NCBI GenBank assembly: GCA_008632985.1
Contig: QPGO01000130.1
Coordinates: 1 to 64,000 of the forward strand
Direction: 5' to 3'
Origin: Psammoneis japonica
Lineage: Eukaryota
Length of the DNA: 64,000 nt
Part shown: positions 22,721 through 35,408 of the stretch, in pieces
Position numbering within the stretch: position 1 is the stretch's first letter
How the letters are laid out: each line of letters begins with the position of its first letter
Made by a program: the position numbers and the translations under genes
The notes under the pieces: generated by a model
Told to the model about the DNA's origin: nothing
What the model saw: only the letters and a program-made list of their open reading frames with translations
Database searches by the model: none

Positions 22721-22999
22721 GAAAGCTACTGTGGAGATACAGGATGGACCAGCGTAGTAGGATAGAAAGTGGTCTGGCTAGTAGCAATGCTTGCCTACTA
22801 CTAGAGAGAGACTACGTGTAGTCCTTTGTTCCTGCTTCTCGCTTGCTGAGTTTTTGAGTTGTTGTTTGTTGTAGACTCTATGGTGTTGCCGTGCCGGTTT
22901 GGAGGTTGGCGGCGCGCGGGAAGACGAGGTGCGCGCCAGATTGGTTGCACAAGACCACCGCGCCGCCGCCACCGCGCCGCCGCCACCGCACCGCCGCCG

Positions 23000-25830
23000 C
23001 GTCGAACAGCACAGAGCTGACTCCAAACAGAACCAACTGGTTGGTGGGGGAGAGGTCCATTTACAGAGCTCGAGCTCCAGACCCATTCATCATGGAGCCG
23101 ACCAGCAGATGCTAGCTCCCAGGGTGGGCGGGAAGGTCCTTTTAGCCACCCAACTCATCATTGTCATGTTGCGACAAAACAACAAAAAAAGAGAGTGGCT
23201 CTGTGGTGTGCCTGGTGTGGGAACAAGACACAGGGTGTGCGCCGGATTGCACAAGATTGCCAAGGCACTGCAGCATGCTTCAAACAGCACAGCTAACTCC
23301 AGAACCAATTGGTTGGTGGGAGAGGTCCATTTGTGGAGCTCAAGCTCCAGACCCATTCACCGCAGAGCCAGCCAGCAGAGACGCTGGCTCCCAACGGTGT
23401 GGTGGTGTGGTGGTGGTGGGGTCCTTTTGGCTGTCCAGCTCATCATTGTTGTGTCACAACAACAGAAAGAGTGGCCATGTGTTGGTCACAAAGGTGCAAG
23501 TGACAGCTGTCCAGCAACTGACAAGCACAGGATGTCTGTCACCGGCTGGGCACCAGCAAACTCAAGCACCGCCAACAAACAGCCCTTCTTGCATCATCTT
23601 CCAAATTGCACAGTGGCCACTGCTGCTTCAAGCAGTGAGGCCAACTCCACAACATGGGTTGAGTGTGCTTGACAAAGGGGGGCTTCATGATTGGGGCCCA
23701 AGAAGCAGGCTCCATTGGAGGGCATTTGGGGAAAAGATTGTGTGTGACAGGCTTTGCTTGAACATGGAGGCAGTGGATCATTTCATTGGAGCACCAGCAC
23801 CCAACAAGGTGGACAGCATCAGAGTTGACTTGAGTGCACAGGAGAGCCATGGTGCTGCTGCTGGCTTGAGGGAAGCAAGCAAAGACATCCTTTGGCAAAA
23901 ATCCACAATGATGGGCTGGGCACAAGGGCAGCAAGCATTGACAGAGGGCTTGATGGGTTAAAAAGCACTGGCTTTCTGGCAGGAAGGAAGTGGCATGGCC
24001 AGGAGGGCAGCACCACATTGGTGCAAGCAGATCATGCACCACCAGCCATGTGCCAAGGTCAGGACAAGGCAGAGTTGTGGGTTCCCACAGAGGAAGAGAC
24101 CAGTGACTTTGCCATGCACACCATTTTTCTGAGTGGTGAATTTTAGGGTGGCAACAGATGGAGGCCCACAAGTCAGGTTTGGCAGCTGTTCAAAGGTCAT
24201 GTCACACAAAGACAAAATGGAGCAGTGTCAGAGGCAGTTGTGCAGCACATCCTCCAGGACAAAGCAAACAGAAGAGAGCCAAAGCAATCATGTTGGCCAT
24301 GCACAATCTTTTGACAATGCTGGCAAGAACTGTGGTGGTTGTTGCATGTTGCAAAATTGGCACAGGGGTGGGTTTTGCTTGATTTGGGGGGGGGGGGGTG
24401 TTGTGGTGGACACAAAAATCCATGTCACGGTTGTGCACGGGTCTGGGGACCCCACTGCAGGAAACATTTGACCAAAACTGTGCAAGGCACAAGGCATCCT
24501 CCACTGCTCAAAAGATCAGACATGGCCACTGCCTGGGGGGCAAAGAGTCTTGCTTGGTGGTGCTGGACAAAGATTTGGATGAGGGTGGGAACAGGACATT
24601 TGAGCTTTTGAAGGGTGGGATCCAAGGAGTGGTTGCTGCAGAGCTGGGCCCAGATCTGCCAATGACCAAGAGGAGGTTGTGTTGGAAAGCACTGGCCCTG
24701 GTGTGGGGTTCATGAGTGCCTTGGCTTGTTCTGTAAACAAGTTGTGTCAAGATGGGACAAAAAGTCATGAGTGCAGAGGCATTGTCAGACATGGTGTCAG
24801 TGGACCCAAGCAGACACCAGTCTTTTGAGACCAGCCAGTGGTGGAGACATTGGCAGACATGGCAATCATTTGGAGCATGATGGCAGCTGTCACACTCTCT
24901 TGGCTGTTGTGGACCTCCCATGGCACCAAGAACAAATTGCAGCAATTTGTTGGTGGTGTCCTTTGTGGTCCATCCTTGGATGTCAAAATGGTGCGTGCTG
25001 GTGTCCTGGTGAAAACAGTCACCCATGAGTTCCAGGTCAGAGTTGGAAACAGCACCATGGCAATTCAACTGCATGACAAGAATTGTTGGGTGGACTGGGG
25101 ACAAAATTGGTGCTGTGCCAGACCACAGGCACTGGGTCAGTTTCATCGTGGGACCCCACAAACATGGAGGGACCCACAACCCGGAAATGTGTGTGGTTCT
25201 ACGTGAATGCACGGGGTTTGTTCATGCAGGTTTTGTGCCAGAGCTGTCTCGCGAACCAGGCGTTTTTTTGGATTTTTGTCATAGAAACTGCACCAGTTTT
25301 GCACATGCAGGCTACATGTTTCAGTGCCACATACAAAAATTTGCACAGAGCTCGCAGGAGGGTCCCTCTGCATTTGTGGGGTCCCACAATGAAGTTGGTG
25401 CTGCAATGTGCACTTGGCCCTTGCACAGGGGTGAGGACTGGGAATGGGCCTGACACTGCTGAGTTGTGAGAAAGCCAAATGCTCCCTGCCCCTCATCTTG
25501 AAGTGTCATGCAAGCCCACAAGAGCTGGCAGCAGGGCAGCCAGTTTGCACAAATGCACAAGGTCAGAGCCAATGGAAGTCATTTGGAGCCTGGCGAGATC
25601 CTTCATGGGGGGAAAAAGGCCACTGTTGTTGTGCTGTTGCCAGATGGCCAGTTGCAAATCTGAAAAGGCCCCTGGCTCCTGGAATGGCACCAGGGACATG
25701 TGTCACAGCTTGCCAAGACAGCTGTGCCATTGTTGATTGCAAGCTGCTTTTGAGTTGGCGGGGTGCTGGCAAGCAGTTTGGCAAGACGTTTAAGGCGATG
25801 GGGTGGCAGCATGTCAGCATCACAGCGACA
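23000..25830 (-). mobile_element. Decayed tyrosine-recombinase retrotransposon, copy 2 (5'-truncated)
   Basis: Colinear with about 17400-19600; YR C-terminus SSTMALLCTQVNSDAVHLVGCWCSNEMIHCLHVQA resembles GAMALL...GRWxSxxMxxYLHVQA. Confidence 0.75.
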
Positions 25831-26115
25831 CTGGTATAGGACCAAGCCAACCAGCATTTTGTGGGCATTGCCAGCGGTGGAATCCACTTTCTGGTAGAGA
25901 TCAATCCCGTGCCTATTCTCTGGAGGTGAACAGTTCGCGCAGGTATGTGACCACCCTCAGCGTGCTGTTGGGACTAATGAGAAAGGGATAGCTAGCATTT
26001 CGCATGGGTCTACAAATCCTATTCATGTAAAATAGAAACTGTAAATAGGATAATTTCGCCCTGCCACTCAGAACTGTTTCAGTTGTACTTGTCTTGCATT
26101 GACATTCGCGTTTTA

Positions 26116-27209
26116 TTCTTTGTTGTTTCGTTGACGCCCTCAATGCGAATGAACATAGTTTTCTTTCGTAGATGATGATTCCATCCATATTACACTTCGC
26201 CCCCTTACTTATTTACACCAACTTGAATTTTCCTTTTTGCTCACAGCAGCAAGTGTGAAAGACGTCTTGGCAATCAGAACAAATTTTCTTGTTACAAGCC
26301 AAACATGCGTAGACTTTGGAACAACCCTTGCACGCTAACGTCTCGCTCTCGCTGCACTTGAAGCTGCACGCGGCACAAAGGCGATCGTCGCACTCTTCAC
26401 ACCTGCCAGCTCTTTCTTGACAGGAGCGACAATAGCTGTCATCACAAGAGTCACAAAAGAAACTGTCTTTGCACTTGCGGCAGAAAAAGTTTTCGCACAA
26501 CGCACAGTGGTAAAAGGCCTCGCAGTCGAAGCAATAAACTTCGTTGCATGCATCACAGTAATATGTGTTTTGTTCCATAGTACAGTCCAAACAACCATAC
26601 ACATACTCGCATTTCGCACAATTTGTGAAAGTGTCGCACTTTCGACAAAAACCTCGATCGCATTCTTTGTTGTTTCGTTGACGCCCTCAATGCGAATGAA
26701 CATGGTTTTCTTTCGTAGATGATGATTCCATCCATATTACACTTCGCCCCCTTACTTATTTACACCAACTTGAATTTTCCTTTTTGCTCACAGCAGCAAG
26801 TGTGAAAGACGTCTTGGCAATCAGAACAAATTTTCTTGTTACAAGCCAAACATGCGTAGACTTTGGAACAACCCTTGCACGCTAACGTCTCGCACTCGCT
26901 GCACTTGAAGCTGCACGCGGCACAAAGGCGATCGTCGCACTCTTCACACCTGCCAGCTCTTTCTTGACAGGAGCGACAATAGCTGTCATCACAAGAGTCA
27001 CAAAAGAAACTGTCTTTGCACTTGCGGCAGAAAAAGTTTTCGCACAACGCACAGTGGTAAAAGGCCTCGCAGTCGAAGCAATAAACTTCGTTGCATGCAT
27101 CACAGTAATATGTGTTTTGTTCCATAGTGCAGTCCAAACAACCATACACATACTCGCGTTTCGCACAATTTGTGAAAGTGTCGCACTTTCGACAAAAACC
27201 TCGATCGCA
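26116..27209. repeat. 547-bp near-perfect tandem duplication creating a 3' fragment (26213-26660) of the Cys-rich gene
   Basis: 26116-26662 is repeated at 26663-27209. Confidence 0.9.
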
Positions 27210-27863
27210 GCCGTCGCAATAGAGGACATTAGGGCAACCGGCTTCCCCACAAAAATACTCGTCGCATTCATCACAATAGCCGCCGGACTCGTCATCGTCA
27301 CAACAGTCCTCGCAATACTTTTTTTCGCAATTCGCACACGACATAAAGTCCTCTTGAAAAGAAAACTCGTCGCAGCCAGGACATCGTTCCCGACCATGCT
27401 CGGCCTCAACGCAGTCTTCGCATTCGAGATTGAGCAGTCTGTCTCCTCCCTCTGTCTTCACGGCACACTGCTCTTCACCCTCCTCGGTCTCATCAGTCGC
27501 CATGTCCTTCGTATCCTTGTTGGACTCTTCAATGTCATCATTAGCGTTGACCTCTGCCTCCTCTAAAGCTTCTTCTTCTTCGTCTTCAGAGTACCAGTCG
27601 GGATCCAACTTGCCCAGTTTTGTTCCATGAGTCATACAATAATACTCTGAGCCGTGCATATCATCACGCAACTCCTTGATTTGAAGGACGGTCAAAACAT
27701 CAGTCTTATTCAAAAAGGAAAGAATCTGTTGACCAAAGATTGACCCTGCAAGCTGAGAAGCAACAAGTTGGCAATCATGCTGACGGCCGCCGGTGGTGGT
27801 GGAGGTGCCGTCGGGTAGCAGCGCTGCGGCGTTTCCATCAAAAGTTTTAGCGGTGAGAGACAT
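26760..27863 (-). CDS. Cys-rich CxxC protein, copy 3
   Basis: Intact 367-aa ORF, paralogue of copies 1 and 2. Confidence 0.82.
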   Translation of the reverse strand: MSLTAKTFDGNAAALLPDGTSTTTGGRQHDCQLVASQLAGSIFGQQILSFLNKTDVLTVLQIKELRDDMHGSEYYCMTHGTKLGKLDPDWYSEDEEEEALEEAEVNANDDIEESNKDTKDMATDETEEGEEQCAVKTEGGDRLLNLECEDCVEAEHGRERCPGCDEFSFQEDFMSCANCEKKYCEDCCDDDESGGYCDECDEYFCGEAGCPNVLYCDGCDRGFCRKCDTFTNCAKREYVYGCLDCTMEQNTYYCDACNEVYCFDCEAFYHCALCENFFCRKCKDSFFCDSCDDSYCRSCQERAGRCEECDDRLCAACSFKCSECETLACKGCSKVYACLACNKKICSDCQDVFHTCCCEQKGKFKLV

Positions 27864-28251
27864 GACGCTTCTATTAATAATAGGTTGAGCGAGCGTAGTA
27901 GGAAAAAAGTCGTCTCGCTATAGTAGTAGTAGTGCTTGCCGAGGCCTTTGTTCCTGCTTTGTTGTTTTGTGAGTTGAGAGTTCCTTGTTGTGTAGTATGG
28001 TATGTTGCCCGGGCTTGCGGAGGCGCGCGCGGGAAAACGAGGTTCGCGCCTCATTGCACAATCCCATCGCGTGTGGAAACGGGGGAGAGACAGACTGTCT
28101 TTCTTTAGCACCCCCCCGCGCGCGCCACAGAAAGATCGCGCGGAAGAATGAATCATCCATCCCAAAGCAAATCCGGCACGTCGCGGCACAGTGCGAGAGT
28201 TGACGATGACGAATGAGTTGCCGTCATCTTGCTTCCGCATCCTTTACCACC

Positions 28252-28767
28252 ATGTCTCGTGTCTTCAAAAACAGTGATGAGACTATACGAAAAGTATTGA
28301 CAAAGTCAAAGACAATAGCTCTGGTTGGAGCCTCCAACGTGAGTGAGTTTTGAATTCATGTGCTATTTCTGGCAGCGCAGTTTCTCACGTGTGTGCTCTG
28401 TTTCAAAAGATAGAAACCTGAAAGGGCATCCCATGAAGTCATGGGAGTTCTTGTGGATCGTGGATACAATGTGATTCCCGTCAATCCTCGTTTAGCGGGT
28501 GAGACGATTCACAAGCAAAAGGTCTATGCAAATTTGGCCGACATTCAAGTGGCAATCGACATGGTTGACATTTTTCGAAAATCTCAAGACGCGGGAGGAG
28601 TCGTAGATGAAGCAATTGCAATCGGTGCAAAAAGTGTATGGCTACAAATTGGAGTAGTGGATGAAGCTGCGGCAGAAAGAGCCGAGAAAGCAGGGCTCAA
28701 TGTTGTAATGAATACCTGTCCGGCAATCCAGCTTCAACGATTAGGTATTGATGGACCTGACGCTTGA
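28252..28767 (+). CDS. CoA-binding domain protein (YccU-like); intron 28339-28413
   Basis: [20 protein letters not shown]...YNVIPVNP...IDMVDIFR...VWLQIGV; a GT..AG intron keeps the frame. Confidence 0.92.
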
Positions 28768-28937
28768 ATTCAGAGAGAACCTTTCTCTAGACGTATGAAT
28801 ATGCCTGTTCTGTTACAGTTTGTTAATGTCATTATTGTGTCATTAAAAAGAAAGCTGCTTCCAGAATGCATCCCGAAATAGGGCCTTTGGTTGTCGACCC
28901 ATCTTTCTCAATAATTATGCACAAGAAATAGTGCCCA

Positions 28938-31284
28938 CTAGGCCGAATCACGACCAATTGTCTGTTTCAGTTTTGCCTTATCAAGTTTCCAGCAGCATGT
29001 TCCTTCCAATGCAACAACAGTAGCAGCATACTTCTCATTTTCCTCGCCTAGAACTTCTTCACCAAAAAAGTCGTTTGCTTTCAGATGCACGGTTTTGACT
29101 TTTGACTTGTCCTTTGCAACATATTCTGCGAGAACGAGAAGCCCAAAGAATATGAATCACTTAAAAAGTCAACGAGATAGCATCCTACGAAAAAACCCAA
29201 ACTTACCACAACTCCCATTCATAATAACATACAGGGCATCCCCTTTGTCGCCTTGCTCGACAATTGTGTCTCCTCGTCCGAACGTCACTTCGCTCATACA
29301 AAAGGCCAAATCATCAATTTTCTCGGACGACAGACTCTTCATAATGTTGATGCGAGACAGCGTGCCCGACAGTTCCTTTCTGTCCGTCTTGTGTGCCAGC
29401 ACCTTTCGAAAGGCATACCGATGCAAAGCCCACAAGGTTCCGTCCGTTTCGGCAATCACCGAAGCCGCACGCGGTGCGGAATACATGAGTGCTAATTCTC
29501 CAAAACTTGGGTGAGCATTCTTCTCTATGGATCCCTCGTAAACGTGAACTACATCCCCGCCTGTCTTGTCCTCGTCCTCCTTGCCTTCTGGGACGATTCT
29601 GACTTCAAAACGGCCCGTGTCGACAATATAAAATCGATCTCCCACGGAGCCTTGCTTGATGATCCACGTTCCCTTTTTGGCTGTGATTTTTTCCATGACG
29701 CCATAAATCATTTCACGCTGCTCGTCCGTCACGTCTTTAAACATGACGGATGCTTGAATGGCTTCGGCAATGGCTGCCTTTTCTTCGTCCGTCTTTTCCG
29801 AATACAAGTCGGCCAAATCCACTTCTTCCTCCTCGGCGGCATTGTCCAACGCGCCCCTGGCTGAAAAGTTGCTGCGCATCTTTTTCAAGTGATCATACTT
29901 TTCCTTGGATATCTTTGTCCGGACCGGACGAGCTGAGGCCATGGAAACGATTTCATCCACCATGTCTTCTTCGGTCGAGGCAAGGGAGAGTGCCGAACCT
30001 AGTCCATCCTCGGACGACATTCGACGCGCCGACCCCACCGCCGCCACGGGTTTGACCTCGTCCACAAACATGCAGATAATGGTAATATCATCCGTTCTCA
30101 ATTCGTATTGCAGCCACAACTCATAACTCTCTGCCACAACCGCCCTACATGCTTCGAGCGGGTCACTGAATTTCGCACACATGTCAATCACACTCTGATT
30201 CGTAAGAAACTCGTACACACCATCGCTCGCCAAGACAATAATGGAATCATCCGAAGTCAGCTCGCGCGTAAGCATCTCGGGTTCAGCGAAGACGCCCAAT
30301 TCTTCGGCAATGGCATCCCCGAGCGATCGGGTAAAGGCCGTACCGGGATACTCTCCATGTGGACTCCACACACGCGGTGGATCACCACCTTCATCAATTT
30401 CTTCTCCCAGTTCCAAATCACCGTCTTCATCGTCGTCATCTTCATCATCTTTGATTGGCTCGAGTCCCTCGATTTGATCCAGACTCAAAATACGCGCCCC
30501 CGTCTTCTTGACACGAATCCGTTCATCCTTGCGATAGGGCGTTTGATCTCGCGACAGGGGAATGGCACGGAGCGTACCGTCGTGCTTTTTTTGTCCCAAA
30601 ATGCACCGCGAATCACCCACGTTGCACACGGTGATGCGATTGCGACGACCGTGCACAAAGGCGGAAATAGCCGTCGTGCCCGACAGAGAATCGTCCAAAT
30701 CCGGTGCGCGGTGCATATCGCGGTTGCAATCGACGTGTGCCTTGAGACAGGCCGATTGAATTTGGTCTTTTGTCAATTCCAAGTGCTCAACATTAGAGAC
30801 GCGTTTGGATTCCTTGACTTTGGCTTTTGCCACTTGCTTGGCGACTAGTTTAGGTAGCGATGCGCTTGCAAACTGGGCGCACTTGTCGCCGTCCCGGCCG
30901 TGACCATCATAGACACCAAAGTAGGCATCTGTCGTTTCGCCACCAAAGTCGAGATCTACCGAAAAGGCGTCTTGATTCGCCTTGTTGGCGTCTGATGAAA
31001 TTTGAAAAAAATGAGGGTGAGAATAATCGAGAAACAATGTTTGAATACAACAATTCACACATTGAATACGAAAATGCACCTTCTGGATAATATCCGCGCT
31101 GGCTCAAGTATGCGTAGCGCACGGTCAATCCACCAAAGGTTGCAGTCTTTGTTTCTGTAATGGATTCTATTCTCTTGGTACTACCACGCTTAGTTTTGGT
31201 AGTTTCCTTTTTAGCGCTGTTGGCAACGGCGGGTGGTGCCTTGCTTTTGGCTGCCGCCGCCGACTTGCTTTCCGAACATCCCAT
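28938..31284 (-). CDS. PP2C phosphatase with two cyclic-nucleotide-binding domains; introns 30992-31079 and 29126-29206
   Basis: MGCSES N-terminus; NQD, GVYDGHG, NVGDSR, TRSLGD, LASDGV and DDIT PP2C motifs; FGELALMYSAPRAAS and FFGEEVL cNMP motifs. Confidence 0.93.
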
Positions 31285-31900
31285 GGTGGAGCTGTTGGAA
31301 ACCAGAATGCACGCCAGAAGCGCGACTGTTGTTTTCCGGTTTCATATCATATATTCCAATCTGCATGTTATAATATTTATATAATATTTAAACTTGTATG
31401 TTTTAGCGTGGATTCGTGTAGAATTTTACGAAATTTGTAGGGTGGAGAGAAAAAGAGGTGCGTCGAAATTTGTCGGTGCGCGAATGAAGTGCGCGGAAAA
31501 CGCAAAATCCAAAATACCCCGTGCGCTCCAACACAACCACAAAAACAAAACAGCAACAACACAAACAGCAAACAAGAGCTACAGCAACATCGTCTCGCTG
31601 TTTGTCGGCTTGTCGTTCTTCTATACGACATCTTGGTACAGAAAGACAAGCTCGTAGTTAGGAATCGGCGACGTAGACAAGCGGGAGAAACGTTACGTGA
31701 ACATTTCTCTCTGGACTGACCGTAACCGCTCGTACGTGGTACGTCTGGCGTAGAGACGCAAGAAAACACGCTCTGTTATTCACTGAAAGAGTCGATTCAT
31801 AAAAGTCGGTATTGAAGTCCCTTTTACTGCTAAGCATTTCAAGGTTCCTGAAGCACAGATAATTCTATACGCCTGCTCTATAAAGCAAGAAACATCATCA

Positions 31901-34335
31901 ATGTCTTCTTCGATTTTATACAAGTTCCGTTCAGGCACTTCCTTTGAAGCGCTCCCACTTCCGGGAAGTGCCGCTCGTCTCTTTGATGTCAAACGTGCCA
32001 TTGTCAAGGCGAAAAAGCTCGATGCCACCTCATCCAATCTGGAATTTGATTTGAGTGTTCGAGATGCCACGACGCAACAAGAATATGCCGATGAAAGCAT
32101 GCTTTTGCCTCGTGGTACACGTCTCGTGGTGCAACGCTTACCCGCAGCACGGGGACACGGGTTTCTGGCGAGAATGGCCCGGGCTGAATCGGGCTTGAGC
32201 CATGCAACTGCTGCTACGACTGGTACAGCAGCGCCGAGTGGTTTTTATACAATTGAGAGCCGTCCAGACCACGAAGATGAATTTGTGCAGCAGCCGCCCA
32301 AGGACGAAGTTGCGGCGCTCTTGGCAGTAACCGAGACAAACAATACACAGGGCACCAGTGTCGGTGGATTCCGGCCCGCCACGACTCGAATTGCCGGTCA
32401 GGGCGCCCCTCCACCACCACCACCTCGTGCTGCTGCCGGTGCTCCGAATTATTATCAGAAACAACGCCCTAACGCGGATCCGGAGCTTCGCGATCAAGAG
32501 CAAAAACAATTGCCCAAAAAGCGTGCCACGGGCATTCCCCGCACCTTTTTAAATCTCTCGGCACCACCCACTACCACCACGGACAATCCCGAAGAAGCTG
32601 CCGAAGCCGCCGTCGCTCGTCTCCAACCCAACGCGTTGGGCTTTGCCGAGCTTGTGAGTCGCGGCGGTGGGCAGTCGGAAGCCGCCCAACAACAACGGAG
32701 TTTGGATTATGCGCTCAAACTCACCGCCACCACCATTCCCGAACATTTGCAGTGTGGAATTTGTCATTCCGTCGTCAAGAATGCCATGCTCTTGCCATGG
32801 GATCCCGAGGGACGGACCGCGTGTGAATCGTGCATTCGAGATGCGTTGACGCAAAATGGCTTTCATTGTCCTTTGTCGGGTATGGAAGGTGTGTCGCCCG
32901 ATGATTTGTTACCCAATACAGGTTTGCGCAAGGCGGCGGAATTATTCATCAAGGGCGTCATGGAGAAGATGGAAGAGATTGAAAAGCAACAAGTGGAAGA
33001 GATGGAGGATGAAACAACCAACGCAACCTCCGGAACAAAGGGTGGTTTTGAGGGCGACAGCACCGAGAGGGGTGTGATTTTGTCCAAGAAAACAAGAAGA
33101 GATGTGCGCAATGGTGTGGATGACGATCCATTTGGTGGTGGTGGGGATGATCCCTTTGGCGGGGACGTGTTTGATGTTGGTGGCGATGATGATGAAGAAA
33201 AGGAGGAAGAAGCAAACGACGAGGAGAAGGAAGAGGCTACGACACCAAAAGAAGCCGAGCTTACCGCAAAGCCTGAAAGCTCAAAGGATAATGAAGTGAA
33301 CGAAAAGGAATCGAAGGAGAGTAATATCTCTAATGAACCAGAAACCACACCAAAATCCGGTGATGCTGCTGCTGCTCCTGTTTCTGCTGCTGATACTGCT
33401 AGTGCTGCGCCTGTGGAACCAACCGACAGTTCTACTCCTGTGCCAAAAAAGTCTTCTCCACCCGAGTTGTCTCCTGCAGAAAAACGTCGGCGTCGTGGAC
33501 CGCCTGCAGGCTATGCCATGGGACCCGCCGGTGGAGCAGCCACAAGTGCTCGAAGCAGCAACAGGCCGTCTCATGACGATCGTCACAAAACCGCGTCGCC
33601 GGCACCGTTTTCGTCGTCCTCACCAAGAGGCAATTATCATCAAGATCGACAGCCATATCGTGGCCGAGGAGGAAGGTTTGGTGGTGGTGGACGTGGACGT
33701 TATCAAGGTGGAGACTATGAAAGCCGAGGTGGTGGGCACTATTCTTCTTCCAGCGGCGGCGGTCACAATGACGATGATGGATATCAACCACGGGAGGTAA
33801 GTTCGTTATTGTTGTTGCGACTGTATTCAATGAAAATGTTCGCTGCGGTTGCCAAGCAGCTGCTGGTTGGACTAGTGAGTTTGAATCTACATTGTTTCTC
33901 GCGGTACGGAGATAGCATCCCGCTGCTGGAGAAATCATATTGTAATTCTGAATGCTTGGTCGTATGCAAAGAAAGTAGGCTATGACCTCAATGAGATAAT
34001 CTCTAAATTGAGTTCCTACCTATCGTAGTCAATGATTCTTTTGTGTTTCTTTGCGCGTCCTTACACTCGTCTCTTGCACGCTTGTTTTGCAGGCTTACCC
34101 AGAAGATGACAGTCGTGGCACAAAGCGACCACGCAATGGGAGCGAAGATGGATCGGATGATCGTTATCGTGGAGAACGCAGGGATTGGTCGCAAGGGGGT
34201 CAACAGTATGATCGATCACGTGGCGGTGGATATGACTCGAGGCGTGGTGGAGGACGATTTTTCCGAGGTGGCGATTATGGTGGGCGTCGAGGTGGACGGG
34301 GTAGGGGCCGATGCTATGGTAGGGGTCGCTATTGA
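31901..34335 (+). CDS. RBBP6/Mpe1-like protein (DWNN ubiquitin-like domain, RING/U-box-like domain, RGG tail), copy 1; intron 33797-34092
   Basis: ILYKFRS...LPRGTRLVVQRLP (DWNN), KRATGIPRTFL, CGIC...CESCIRDAL...CP...PDDLLPN; GTAAGT..GCAG intron. Confidence 0.9.
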
Positions 34336-35408
34336 ATCTTTTCCAATCCATTTATCTTGAGTAGTGCGCTGGCGAAGCGTTGATGTCGGTTTGCATTTTA
34401 CGGAACACCAAAGCGGAAGCTACAGTATGAAGAAATACAAATAATATTTTGCATAGCATCAATTTGTTACAACAGATGTGTTCAGCCCGACAACCGAACC
34501 TTAAACTCTTAATTCGCGTGGACTATATCAGAACGAGTTCACTACTTTGCGGTGTGCAAAGTAGTCCACGCGCTGCTTTCATCTGATCAACCGACACCTT
34601 CGTAGAAATGCGAACATGGAACCACCAACTTGCTTTTTCTGTGTGCTCTGGTCGAAATCAAAATTGTGCCAAATGACCAAAGCAATTGAACACAAAAACT
34701 TTTACATTACATTGAAAAATACACGATGGAATTTTGGGAGAAAAATAGGGTTTCTTATCGATTGTAACGAAGGTGCACCTAATTGTCCATTCGCGACCAA
34801 ACCACGACTCACGCAGGAATGGATAGAAAATGCAATCTGGTTGCGATTAGAATACCGGTAGTGACAAAAGACCAAAGCAATGGACCACAAACACTTTCGC
34901 AGAAAATGGCAAATTGAATGGTAGAACGTTTGGAGAGAAAATTGGCTTGAAATTGATGTTGTGCTAAACTTAATCGAATGGAACACAAAGTACGACTGAA
35001 AAGTAGGTGCAGTACACTTACGCACGACTGAAAACCGCACGTACTGCAGGACGACTCAACGGCACACAAAGGCGTGAAAGGACACACTCTTGAGATACCC
35101 TAGTACACTACATAGAGTCCGGCGCAGGTCACTATGACAGACTTATTGATGTTCTACTCAATAGAAGCAGAGGCCAAATGAGTAATCGAGTCATGTTCTT
35201 GCGAAAAACACCGCTCTACTTTTAGCTACTAGCTGCGGTGAAGAAGAAATCACTGGTTTTGACGCAGTGCGAAATTTAACGGTTTTGCCAAGAATCATCT
35301 GTACAGTACGTCTGGCGCTGAGTCGCAAGAAAACACGCTGTTATCAAGGTTGCCGAAGCTCAAAACATTGCTACAGTTAGTATACACCTGCTCTATACCA
35401 GGAACACC

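Noticed and set aside
17500..25800. Short C/H/W-rich ORFs as real genes
   Set aside because: They overlap in all frames and are explained by decayed YR-element sequence lacking TAA/TAG.
33797..33985. C-terminal extension VSSLLLLRLY... of the RBBP6-like ORFs
   Set aside because: Read-through into a GTAAGT intron; a downstream exon continues the RGG-rich tail in frame.
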